Source: an uncultured Dehalococcoidales bacterium
GTDB lineage: Bacteria; Chloroflexota; Dehalococcoidia; E44-bin15
Assembly: GCA_964431905.1 (NCBI GenBank)
Contig: CAYSLE010000002.1
Location: forward strand, 1-33,178
Direction: 5' to 3'
Length of the DNA: 33,178 nucleotides
Each line of letters opens with the position of its first letter. Position 1 is the first letter of the stretch. Shown here piece after piece: positions 9,129-17,625 of the stretch. Under the pieces are notes generated by a model. The model was not told the origin of the DNA and made no database searches. It saw only the letters and a list, made by a program, of their open reading frames with translations. The translations under genes and the position numbers were made by a program.

Positions 9129-10616
9129 TTGAGTTTTCCCTATCTATCGATAATGATCTTCCTCCCGGTCATCGGGGCTATTGTCATTGCCCTGCTTCCC
9201 AACGCTACCCCGAGGCGGATAAAGCGCACTGCGGCCCTTTTCACGCTGGTGCCCTTCCTCCTGTCGGTGGCCCTGTTTGCCATGTTCGACCGCTCCCTCG
9301 TTGGAGCGCCCCAGTTTGTGGAGCAGGTCTCATGGATCCCCTCCATCGATGTCCAGTATTACCTGGGCATCGATGGGCTTAACCTGCCCATGGTGATCCT
9401 GACCACCCTGCTCGGCTTCATCGCCGTTTTGGTGTCATGGGGCATCGACCTCAGGGCGCGGGAATACTTCGCCTGGCTCCTGGTGCTGGAGACGGGGATT
9501 CTGGGGGTGTTTTGTTCCTTGGACCTGATCCTCTTCTTCCTCTTCTGGGAAGTGGAGATCATCCCCATGTATCTCCTCATCTCCATCTGGGGAACTGGTC
9601 GGAAGGAGTATTCGGCGATCAAGTTCGTTATATATACCCTCCTGGGCAGCGCCCTGATGCTGGCTGGCATCCTTATCCTCTACTCCCAGGTGCATACCTT
9701 CGACATGGTGGCGCTGGCCGCGATGGGGATTGAGGCCGGGATAAGTTCTATGATGGCCGCCGCCGTCTTCTTCCTCCTCTTCATTGGCTATGCCATAAAG
9801 CTGCCCGTCTTCCCGTTGCACACATGGCTCCCCGATGCCCATACCGACGCCCCGACCGCGGTCAGCGTGATCCTGGCTGGGGTGCTGCTGAAGATGGGTG
9901 GCTATGCCATGCTCCGGGTGTGCGTCAGCATGTTTCCAGAGACATCCCAGGCCTATGCCCCGATCCTCCTCGCTCTAGCCGTGGTCAGCGTCCTCTACGG
10001 GGCGGCGGTAACCTTGAGACAGACCGACCTCAAAAGGCTGATTGCATATAGTAGCATCAGCCATATGGGCTATGTGCTTTTGGGGATTTTTGCCCTATCT
10101 CAGGTGAGCATGACCGGTGCCACCCTTCAGATGTTCAGCCACGGTCTCGTTACCGGCCTGCTCTTCGCTCTGGTGGGACTGGTCTACGAAAAGGCGCATG
10201 AACGGAGCATCCCCAGGCTCGGTGGGCTGGCTCGCCGGATGCCGATAATCGTTGTTGTCTTCAGCGTTGCCGGGCTTGCCTCCTTAGGATTGCCCGGCAC
10301 CAGCGGTTTCGCCGCCGAGTTCCTTGTCTTCCTCGGCAGCTTCAAAAGCGGCGTTGTCCCCGGCGTCCAGGTCTATACCATCCTCGGCGTCCTGGGGATT
10401 GTAATCACCGCGGGCTACATCCTGTGGATGCTGCAGCGCGTCTTCTACGGGCCGCCCAAGGAGCAGTATCAGGCAGTTGCCGATGCCAACAGGCTTGAAA
10501 TGTTCACCATCTTCTCCATGGTGGCGGTGATCATGCTCATCGGCCTCTATCCCAGGATACTAACCGATGTCATCAAAATAGGCATCGCACCTATAGTGGG
10601 GGCATTGACCTTATAG
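9129..10616 (+). CDS. nuoM: NADH-quinone oxidoreductase subunit M
   Basis: Motifs HTWLPDAHTDAPTAVSVILAGVLLKMGGY and LIAYSSISHMGYVLLG. TTG start follows AGGAGGGAAG. Confidence 0.95.
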   Translation: MSFPYLSIMIFLPVIGAIVIALLPNATPRRIKRTAALFTLVPFLLSVALFAMFDRSLVGAPQFVEQVSWIPSIDVQYYLGIDGLNLPMVILTTLLGFIAVLVSWGIDLRAREYFAWLLVLETGILGVFCSLDLILFFLFWEVEIIPMYLLISIWGTGRKEYSAIKFVIYTLLGSALMLAGILILYSQVHTFDMVALAAMGIEAGISSMMAAAVFFLLFIGYAIKLPVFPLHTWLPDAHTDAPTAVSVILAGVLLKMGGYAMLRVCVSMFPETSQAYAPILLALAVVSVLYGAAVTLRQTDLKRLIAYSSISHMGYVLLGIFALSQVSMTGATLQMFSHGLVTGLLFALVGLVYEKAHERSIPRLGGLARRMPIIVVVFSVAGLASLGLPGTSGFAAEFLVFLGSFKSGVVPGVQVYTILGVLGIVITAGYILWMLQRVFYGPPKEQYQAVADANRLEMFTIFSMVAVIMLIGLYPRILTDVIKIGIAPIVGALTL

Positions 10617-10627
10617 AGGGCCTTTCT

Positions 10628-11050
10628 GTGGTGGAGATAATGGTTGCTGTGGGGGCAGTGATCGAGGATGATGAAGGGCGAATCCTGCTGGTGAAGCATG
10701 CCCGGGAAAAGGGGGGATTCTGGCAGGGGAAGTGGATCTGCCCCGGGGGCAAACTGGAGTTGGGAGAGGGGATCGAGGAGGGGATAAAAAGGGAGGTTAT
10801 GGAGGAGACCAATCTAGAGATCAGCCGCATCACCCCTCTCATCCCCTGGGATAGGGTGGTGAAGGAAGAGGGCAAAACGACGCTCCATGTCATCTACATC
10901 GACTTTCTGGCCAGGGTGGTGGGGGGTGAGTTTCGGCCGGGCAGCGATGTGGCTGAAGGCATGTGGGTTTCAAAGAAAGACATTCCCAGAATATGGGATG
11001 AGCTTCATGACGACACCAAGAGGCTAATGGAGATAGCAGGGGTTGTTTAG
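10628..11050 (+). CDS. Nudix hydrolase (MutT/ADP-ribose pyrophosphatase-like), embedded in the nuo operon
   Basis: Nudix box GGKLELGEGIEEGIKREVMEETNL (Gx5Ex7REUxEExGU). It lies 11 nt after the nuoM stop and 9 nt before the nuoN start. Possible starts are GTG 10628/10631 or ATG 10640 (after GGTGGAG). Confidence 0.85.
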   Translation: MVEIMVAVGAVIEDDEGRILLVKHAREKGGFWQGKWICPGGKLELGEGIEEGIKREVMEETNLEISRITPLIPWDRVVKEEGKTTLHVIYIDFLARVVGGEFRPGSDVAEGMWVSKKDIPRIWDELHDDTKRLMEIAGVV

Positions 11051-11059
11051 GAGAGAGCG

Positions 11060-12505
11060 TTGAACTTCTATCTATTAGCGCCTGAGATAAGCGTCTGCGC
11101 CTTAGCTATACTGGTCATCTTGCTCGACCTCGTTATCAAGCGCAAGTGGATTCTGGGGGCAGTGAGCATTGGCGGGCTCATCGTGCCCGCTGCCTTCAGT
11201 GTCGCCTTGTGGGGCACAAATGAAACCTCCTTCAATGGCATGCTGGTGGTGGATGAGTTCTCGGTATTCTTCAAGCTCTTCTTCCTGGTGATGGCGGCTC
11301 TGGTGCTCCTCTCCTCTACCGATTATGCCCATAAATTCGCTGCCTTTCGCGGGGAATACTATGCACTAGTGCTGCTTGCTGCCACAGGGATGATGCTCAT
11401 GGCATCCACCAGAGAGCTCATCTCAATCTACATCGCTCTGGAGCTGACGGGCATCTCTCTTTACGTCCTGACCGGCTTTCTCAAGGACCCCAAGTCCAGC
11501 GAGGCGGGACTGAAGTATCTGCTCCTGGGTGCAGTGGCCAGTGCCGTTTTGCTCTATGGCATGGCCCTGCTCTATGGGCTCACCGGCACTACCCATCTTA
11601 GGGATATCGCTGCTGCATTGACCCCAGTGGGTCAGCTGTTAGATAAGCCTGCGCTCTTGATGGGCATTGTCCTCTTAGTGGCTGGCTTCGGCTTTAAGAT
11701 CGCCACCATACCCTTCCAGATGTGGGTCCCCGATGTTTATGAAGGGGCACCGACACCCATCACTGCCTATCTCTCTGTTGCCAGCAAGGCTGCCGGATTT
11801 GCTGTGATCTTACGGGTATTCTATGAGGCGCTGGGGCCGGTGAGCCTGGATTGGTCGATTGTCTTCGCCGTGCTCGCCGCTATCACCATGACCTTGGGCA
11901 ATGTGGTTGCCATCGTCCAGACCAACATCAAGCGAATGCTGGGATATTCCAGCATCGCTCAGGCAGGCTATCTGATGATAGGGCTGGCCGCGGTCAGTGC
12001 TCTTGAACCCGGTGCTTTGGGCTCCAGCGGTCCCAGCACCCTGGTATTCTTCCTGACCAGCTATGCCCTTACCAATCTGGGTGCATTTATCGCTATCATC
12101 GCCATCTCCAACAAGATCGATAGTGACGAGATCGCCGACTATTCTGGGATGGCGAAGCGGGCCCCCCTCCTTTCCCTGGCCCTGGCCCTGTGTCTCATCT
12201 CTCTCATCGGCATACCACCCACCGCCGGGTTTGTGGCCAAGGTCTTCATATTCAGTGCTGGCGTCAACCACGGGCTGACCTGGCTGGTAGTCATCGCCGT
12301 GATTAACAGCGTGATCTCGGCATACTATTATCTACGGGTGGTGCGTGTGATGTATCTTGGCGCTCCGCTATCCGAAGAACGGGTGTCCTCATCGGGAGCG
12401 CTCCGTGCTGCACTCTCCTTCGCCTGCCTCGGTGTTCTGGCCCTCGGTATCTATCCCTGGATGGTGTTGAGAATCGCTGAGACCGCCGCCGGCATTTTTC
12501 CTTGA
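11060..12505 (+). CDS. nuoN: NADH-quinone oxidoreductase subunit N
   Basis: Motifs FQMWVPDVYEGAPTPITAYLSVASKAAGF and MLGYSSIAQAGYL. TTG start follows AGGAGAG. Confidence 0.95.
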   Translation: MNFYLLAPEISVCALAILVILLDLVIKRKWILGAVSIGGLIVPAAFSVALWGTNETSFNGMLVVDEFSVFFKLFFLVMAALVLLSSTDYAHKFAAFRGEYYALVLLAATGMMLMASTRELISIYIALELTGISLYVLTGFLKDPKSSEAGLKYLLLGAVASAVLLYGMALLYGLTGTTHLRDIAAALTPVGQLLDKPALLMGIVLLVAGFGFKIATIPFQMWVPDVYEGAPTPITAYLSVASKAAGFAVILRVFYEALGPVSLDWSIVFAVLAAITMTLGNVVAIVQTNIKRMLGYSSIAQAGYLMIGLAAVSALEPGALGSSGPSTLVFFLTSYALTNLGAFIAIIAISNKIDSDEIADYSGMAKRAPLLSLALALCLISLIGIPPTAGFVAKVFIFSAGVNHGLTWLVVIAVINSVISAYYYLRVVRVMYLGAPLSEERVSSSGALRAALSFACLGVLALGIYPWMVLRIAETAAGIFP

Positions 12506-12594
12506 CAGCGCCCACCAGCAGTGATAGACTTCCCTCTGCAAATTGAATATGGCATCTTTATTGTTTTATCTAGCTTGTCAAGAGGTTTAGTCCA

Positions 12595-13410
12595 TTGAAG
12601 AAGGTGGGCATCCTCTATCACCCAAAGATCGCTGCTGCTGGGGAATTTGCCCAAGAATTAGCACGCCTTTTGCCATCTCTTAATGCCTCTCCCTGGCTTT
12701 GCTCTGCCTGGGAGGAGGAGAGGGCCAAGGCTCAAGCCGAGGGGACCGATCTCATCCTTAGCGTCGGTGGCGATGGCACTATCTTAAGAGCAGCCCGCGC
12801 TGCTATCCCGCGGGACATTCCTATTGTGGGGATAAACCTGGGACGGCTGGGTTTTATGACCGAATTCAGCGCTGAAGAGGCCCGAGACAAGCTCCCCGCT
12901 GTTCTCGCTGGGGAGGGCTGGATCGACGAGCGGGCCATGCTTCAGGCGGAGTTTTCATCTAAGGGGCCCTTTTACGCCTTGAACGATGTCGTCTTGGGGC
13001 GGGGTGCTATATCCCGGCTGGTCCATATAGAAACCAGCATCGATGGCACCCTTTTGGCTACCTACAAGGTGGATGGGGTGATCCTGGCCACAGCCACGGG
13101 GAGCACAGCCTACTCCCTGGCCGCCGGTGGCCCTATCCTCTATCCCCAATCCAGAGATATAATCCTAAACCCCATCTGCTCCCACCCTACCTTCGCCAAT
13201 GCCCTGGTGCTCCCATCCACCACTATATTGGAGCTCAAGGTGCGTACCGACCACCAAGCGATGGTCAGTATCGACGGGCAGATTAACCTGGGGCTGGAAA
13301 GTGGCGACAGGGTTAAAGTCACGCTTAGCCAGCATGTGGCTCGCTTTCTTAGGGTCAGACCACCGGCCTTTTTCTATAGCACTTTGATGGAGAGGTTGAT
13401 GCCGAAATGA
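12595..13410 (+). CDS. nadK: NAD+ kinase
   Basis: Motifs SVGGDGTILRAAR, GINLGRLGFM and ATATGSTAYSLAAGGPI. TTG start. Confidence 0.9.
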   Translation: MKKVGILYHPKIAAAGEFAQELARLLPSLNASPWLCSAWEEERAKAQAEGTDLILSVGGDGTILRAARAAIPRDIPIVGINLGRLGFMTEFSAEEARDKLPAVLAGEGWIDERAMLQAEFSSKGPFYALNDVVLGRGAISRLVHIETSIDGTLLATYKVDGVILATATGSTAYSLAAGGPILYPQSRDIILNPICSHPTFANALVLPSTTILELKVRTDHQAMVSIDGQINLGLESGDRVKVTLSQHVARFLRVRPPAFFYSTLMERLMPK

Positions 13411-13865
13411 AGGCGGAAAAGGCACGCATTGACGACATTCCCCAAATTCACAAACTGGTGAACTACTTCGCCGATAAGGGGGAGATGTTGCCACGCGCCT
13501 TGAGCGAGCTCTACGAGAATATCAGGGACTTCTTCGTCGTCCGCGATGGCGATCAGGTGATCGGTTGTGCTGCGTTCCATATATTCTGGTCGGACCTGGG
13601 CGAGATCAGAGCCGTAGCCGTAGCCGAGGGGTGGCAGGATAAGGGGGCCGGTGCTTTGCTGGTTCGGGCCTGCGTCGAGGAGGCAAAAGGCCTGGGCATA
13701 GAAACGCTATTCTGTCTCACCTATAAGCCCGAATTCTTTGCCCGGTTTGGGTTCAAGGAGGTGGACAAGGTACAGCTGCCGCGCAAGATTTGGGGGGAGT
13801 GTCAGCGCTGCCCCAAGTTCCCCGACTGCGATGAGGTGGCTCTGGTTTACCAATTGGAGCGATAG
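13407..13865 (+). CDS. GNAT family N-acetyltransferase (short ArgA/COG1246-like form), substrate unknown
   Basis: Acetyl-CoA-binding motif in VAVAEGWQDKGAGALLV. C-terminal Cys-containing tail KIWGECQRCPKFPDCDE. ATG overlaps the nadK stop as ATGA. Confidence 0.7.
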   Translation: MKAEKARIDDIPQIHKLVNYFADKGEMLPRALSELYENIRDFFVVRDGDQVIGCAAFHIFWSDLGEIRAVAVAEGWQDKGAGALLVRACVEEAKGLGIETLFCLTYKPEFFARFGFKEVDKVQLPRKIWGECQRCPKFPDCDEVALVYQLER

Positions 13866-13871
13866 GGGTCG

Positions 13872-14411
13872 ATGGAAGAGCGAACCTTAGATAGCGAGCG
13901 AATATACCAGGGGCGCTTAGTTGGCCTCCGCGTGGATAGGGTAGCGCTGCCCGGTGGGCGCGAGACAACGCGGGAGGTGGTGGAACATCCCGACGCTGTG
14001 GCCATTGTTGCCATAGATTCAAAAAATAATGTAATCCTGGTGCGACAGTTCCGCAGCCCGGCGGGCAAGGTGCTTCTTGAGATCCCCGCCGGTTGCATTG
14101 AGCCCGGTGAGCAGCCGAGCCAGAGCGCCCTTCGGGAGCTTGAGGAGGAGACGGGATATACTGCGGGGAAGATGAAAAGGATTTGCGGGTTTTATAGTGG
14201 CCCCGGCTACTCCACCGAGTTCTTGCACATTTTCCTGGCTACTGAGCTTAAGCTGAGTTCAAAGCGTCCCCAGGAGGATGAGATTATCGAGACGGTGACT
14301 GTCCCCCTGGGGCAGATCCCTGGCCTTATCGCCTCGGGCCAGGTCTGCGATGCCAAAACCATCGCCGGTCTACTGGTCGTTACCGTCGGCGGCAATGAGG
14401 TGAAGCAGTGA
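13872..14411 (+). CDS. nudF: Nudix hydrolase, ADP-ribose pyrophosphatase type
   Basis: Architecture Y.GR.........LPGG......EVVEHPDAVAIV....... followed by the Nudix box PAGCIEPGEQPSQSALRELEEETGY. This matches ADP-sugar pyrophosphatases. Confidence 0.8.
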   Translation: MEERTLDSERIYQGRLVGLRVDRVALPGGRETTREVVEHPDAVAIVAIDSKNNVILVRQFRSPAGKVLLEIPAGCIEPGEQPSQSALRELEEETGYTAGKMKRICGFYSGPGYSTEFLHIFLATELKLSSKRPQEDEIIETVTVPLGQIPGLIASGQVCDAKTIAGLLVVTVGGNEVKQ

Positions 14412-15628
14412 GAATATGCCTCCTATGTAATAGGGGGAATATGTACTGTGGCGGGCAAGGGGTCTATACCTATTACCTATCCCGAGAACTACAGAGACTG
14501 GGGCACGAGGTTCATTTAATCGTCGGGCCTCCCTATCCCGATGTCCCGCCGGGGGTGGTGGAACATCGGGTGCAAAACATGAACTTCTTTGAGTTTGGAT
14601 TCCCCAAGCAGGACCCCTTTAAGGTTTTCACCCCCCTTAACCTCTATGAGCTGGCCGGGACCAGGATGGGGATGTTCACTGAGATGTTTTCTTTCGGCTT
14701 TAGGGCCTATGACAAGCTGCGCCAGCTCCTGCGAGATCACCGCTTCGATATCATCCACGACAACCAGACCCTGGCCTATGGCATACTAATGATGAAGGCT
14801 TTTGGAATCCCCATCGTGGCTACGGTGCACCACCCATTACCCATCGATAGAGAGACCGATATAGCCTATATGGAGAGCATCCACGATAGGATACACCGGT
14901 TCATTTTTTACCCCTTCATAATGCAACACGTTGTGGTCAGAAGGATGGAGCGGGTGATCACAGTCTCCCAGAGCGCTGCCGAGGAAACCAGAAATGCCTT
15001 TAAGGTTCGTCGAGAGAAGATAAGGGTGGTCTACAATGGCATCGATCTAGATATGTTTCGGAGGCTGGATGCTGATGCCAAGGAGCCCGCTCGTCTCATC
15101 GTTGTAGCCAATAGCTCCGACCGCAAAAAGGGGGTTGTCTATTTGCTCCGCGCCCTTCAGCTACTGCGTGAGGAGATGGATGTGAAGCTCACCATCGTCG
15201 ATCGGGGCGCCCCGGATAATGAGTATACCCCAGCTTTAGTGACAAGATACGGACTTGATAGCAGCGTCAGCTTCACCGGAAGGCTGAGTGTGGAGGAGCT
15301 GGCCAGACATTATGCCCGGGCTGAGGTTTCGGTGGTTCCATCTCTATATGAGGGCTTCAGCATACCCGCCGCCGAAGCCATGGCCTGTGGTGTCCCTGTG
15401 GTTGCCACCACCGCCGGGGCACTGCCTGAGGTGGTGGAGAATGGCAGGAGCGGCATTTTGGTCCCGCCACGGGATGCCAATGCCCTAGCCCAGGCGATTA
15501 GACGCCTGCTTAAGGATGAGTCTTTGCGCCAGGCGATGGGGGCGGAAGGGAGAAAGAAAGTAGAGAACAACTTCACCTGGGAGAAGGCAGCGAGGAAGAC
15601 GCTGGAGATATATCAGGAGGTTCTGTAG
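14408..15628 (+). CDS. Glycosyltransferase family 4 (retaining GT-B), paralog 1
   Basis: N-terminal CGGQGVYTYYLSRELQRLGHEV (GGxxxY donor-loop type). C-terminal EX7E region YEGFSIPAAEAMACGVPVVAT. GTG overlaps the nudF stop as GTGA and follows GAGGTG. Confidence 0.85.
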   Translation: MRICLLCNRGNMYCGGQGVYTYYLSRELQRLGHEVHLIVGPPYPDVPPGVVEHRVQNMNFFEFGFPKQDPFKVFTPLNLYELAGTRMGMFTEMFSFGFRAYDKLRQLLRDHRFDIIHDNQTLAYGILMMKAFGIPIVATVHHPLPIDRETDIAYMESIHDRIHRFIFYPFIMQHVVVRRMERVITVSQSAAEETRNAFKVRREKIRVVYNGIDLDMFRRLDADAKEPARLIVVANSSDRKKGVVYLLRALQLLREEMDVKLTIVDRGAPDNEYTPALVTRYGLDSSVSFTGRLSVEELARHYARAEVSVVPSLYEGFSIPAAEAMACGVPVVATTAGALPEVVENGRSGILVPPRDANALAQAIRRLLKDESLRQAMGAEGRKKVENNFTWEKAARKTLEIYQEVL

Positions 15629-16336
15629 TTGCTCACCGTTAACTTCAAGCTCTTCAGGATAGGTAATGGCGATAGATTCCTGGATGTGGGCTGCGGTGAG
15701 GGGAGGCACAGTTTCGAGGCGTTTAGGCTGGGCAGTCAAATGGTATGCTCTCTGGATATGGATGACCTGGGATTGAGGAAGACCCAATACGTTCTGCACT
15801 ATATGGCCACGCAAAAGGTGGCCAATGGAAGCTGGCATGTGATGTTTGGCGATGCTTTGAACCTCCCCTTCAAGGATGCCTCCTTCGATAAAATAATCTG
15901 CGCCGAGGTTTTGGAGCATGTTGCCGATGAAGATCGAGGGATCAGGGAGCTGGTGAGGGTGCTAAAGCCCGGCGGGTTGCTCGCCGTCACCGTTCCTACT
16001 TTCCTGAGTGAGTCGGTCTACTGGGCACTGGACGAGGACTACTACAACCATCCTGGCGGTCACGTGCGTAAGTTTAAGGCTCAGGAGCTGATGGAGTCCT
16101 TGCGAAGGCATGACCTGGCAATTTACGCTATCCGCTATGAGCATGCCTTCCATACTATATATTGGCTTCTTCGCTGCATCTTCGGGCTTAAGAAGGAGCA
16201 GGCACGGGTTCCAGCGCTCTATCACAAGTTCTTGGTGCTGCAGATAGTCACCAGATCGAAATTCGCTCAACGCATGGAACGCATCTTTAACTTTATCTTC
16301 CCTAAGAGCATAGTCATTTATACCAGAAAGATTTAA
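15629..16336 (+). CDS. Class I SAM-dependent methyltransferase
   Basis: Motif I FLDVGCGEGRHS. Post-I/II region LPFKDASFDKIICAEVLEHV and VLKPGGLLAVTVP. TTG starts immediately after the GT4 stop, with GGAGG 8 nt upstream. Confidence 0.8.
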   Translation: MLTVNFKLFRIGNGDRFLDVGCGEGRHSFEAFRLGSQMVCSLDMDDLGLRKTQYVLHYMATQKVANGSWHVMFGDALNLPFKDASFDKIICAEVLEHVADEDRGIRELVRVLKPGGLLAVTVPTFLSESVYWALDEDYYNHPGGHVRKFKAQELMESLRRHDLAIYAIRYEHAFHTIYWLLRCIFGLKKEQARVPALYHKFLVLQIVTRSKFAQRMERIFNFIFPKSIVIYTRKI

Positions 16337-16353
16337 CATAAGGGGGAGCCTGG

Positions 16354-17625
16354 GTGAAGATATGTCTTCTTTGCTATCGCGGGAATATGTATTGCGGTGG
16401 TCAAGGGGTTTATCTCTACTATCTCTCTCGTGAGCTACAGAGGCTAGGGCATGATGTAGATGTCATGGTTGGCCCGCCTTACCCTGACATCGCTGATGGG
16501 ATCAAGGTGCATAAGCTGGAAAGCCTAAACCTCTACGATCGCAAGGCGCTTGGAGAGAATTTCCTGCCGCAGGAACATCCGTTACACATCTTCAGCCCCT
16601 TCAACCTCTATGAGCTGGCAGGAACTAAGCTGGGTATGTTCCCGGAGATGATCACCTTCAGTATCAGGGCTTATCTCAAGATAAGGGAGCTTCTCCCCCA
16701 TCATCGCTTCGACATCATCCACGATAATCAGGGACTAGCCTATGGCCTGCTGCTGATGAAGACCTTGAAGACCCCTGTGATCGCTACGATTCACCACCCC
16801 CTGCCCCTCGATACTAAAGCCGATCTGACTCAGGCAACGAGCGAATGGAAGAAGATCAAGCACATCATCTTCTACCCCCCGGCGATGCAAGGCATTGTTG
16901 CCCGGCGCTTAGATGGGGTAATCACCGACTCCGAGAGTTCCGCCTATGAGGTGAGCCGTGTCTTCAAGGTATCTAAAGAGAAAATGAGGATAGTCTACCC
17001 CGGCGTAGACACCGGCATGTTCCGGCGATTGGATGGGCATAAGAGGGAGCGGGGTCGCCTGATCATGGTGGGCCGAACCGGTGATCGAAAGAAGGGGGTC
17101 ATTTATTTGCTACAGGCCCTTCAGCTACTGAAGAGGGATAATGTTGACGTAAAACTGACCATCGTGGATCAGGTAGACCCCGAGAACAGCTATGCTGGTA
17201 ACTTGATCCGCAAGTATAACCTTGATGGCATGGTCACCTTTACCGGCAGGTTGACGAACGAGGAACTGGTGAGGCAGTATGCAGCAGCGGAGATCGCAGT
17301 AACCGCCTCGGTCTATGAGGGTTTCGGTTTGCCCGCTGCCGAGGCTATGGCCTGTGAGGCTCCCGTGATCGCTACCACCGGCGGCGCCCTCCCCGAGGTG
17401 GTCAAAGATGGAGAAACTGGGATTTTGGTGCCACCTCAGGACCCCCACGCTCTAGCCAGGGCTATCAAGCTGCTTCTTGGGGACGAACCGTTGCGCCGCA
17501 GGCTGAGCGGTGAAGGGAGGAAGAGGATAGAGCAATGCTTCTCCTGGGAGCAGGCAGCGAAACAAGCGGTCGATATATATGAGGAAGTCCGATCACGCGT
17601 TAATAGTTCTTTGGTACGAGCCTGA
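16354..17625 (+). CDS. Glycosyltransferase family 4, paralog 2
   Basis: 33 of the first 37 residues are identical to paralog 1 (MKICLLCYRGNMYCGGQGVYLYYLSRELQRLGHDV). EX7E region YEGFGLPAAEAMACEAPVIAT. RBS AAGGGGGAG precedes the GTG start. Confidence 0.85.
   Translation: MKICLLCYRGNMYCGGQGVYLYYLSRELQRLGHDVDVMVGPPYPDIADGIKVHKLESLNLYDRKALGENFLPQEHPLHIFSPFNLYELAGTKLGMFPEMITFSIRAYLKIRELLPHHRFDIIHDNQGLAYGLLLMKTLKTPVIATIHHPLPLDTKADLTQATSEWKKIKHIIFYPPAMQGIVARRLDGVITDSESSAYEVSRVFKVSKEKMRIVYPGVDTGMFRRLDGHKRERGRLIMVGRTGDRKKGVIYLLQALQLLKRDNVDVKLTIVDQVDPENSYAGNLIRKYNLDGMVTFTGRLTNEELVRQYAAAEIAVTASVYEGFGLPAAEAMACEAPVIATTGGALPEVVKDGETGILVPPQDPHALARAIKLLLGDEPLRRRLSGEGRKRIEQCFSWEQAAKQAVDIYEEVRSRVNSSLVRA

Noticed and set aside
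12543-12572. Possible nadK promoter (TTGAAT with TTATCT/TATCTA downstream)
   Set aside because: The -10 candidates match the consensus poorly (3/6 or fewer, lacking the terminal T), so it is not reported as a feature. nadK may be read through from nuoN.
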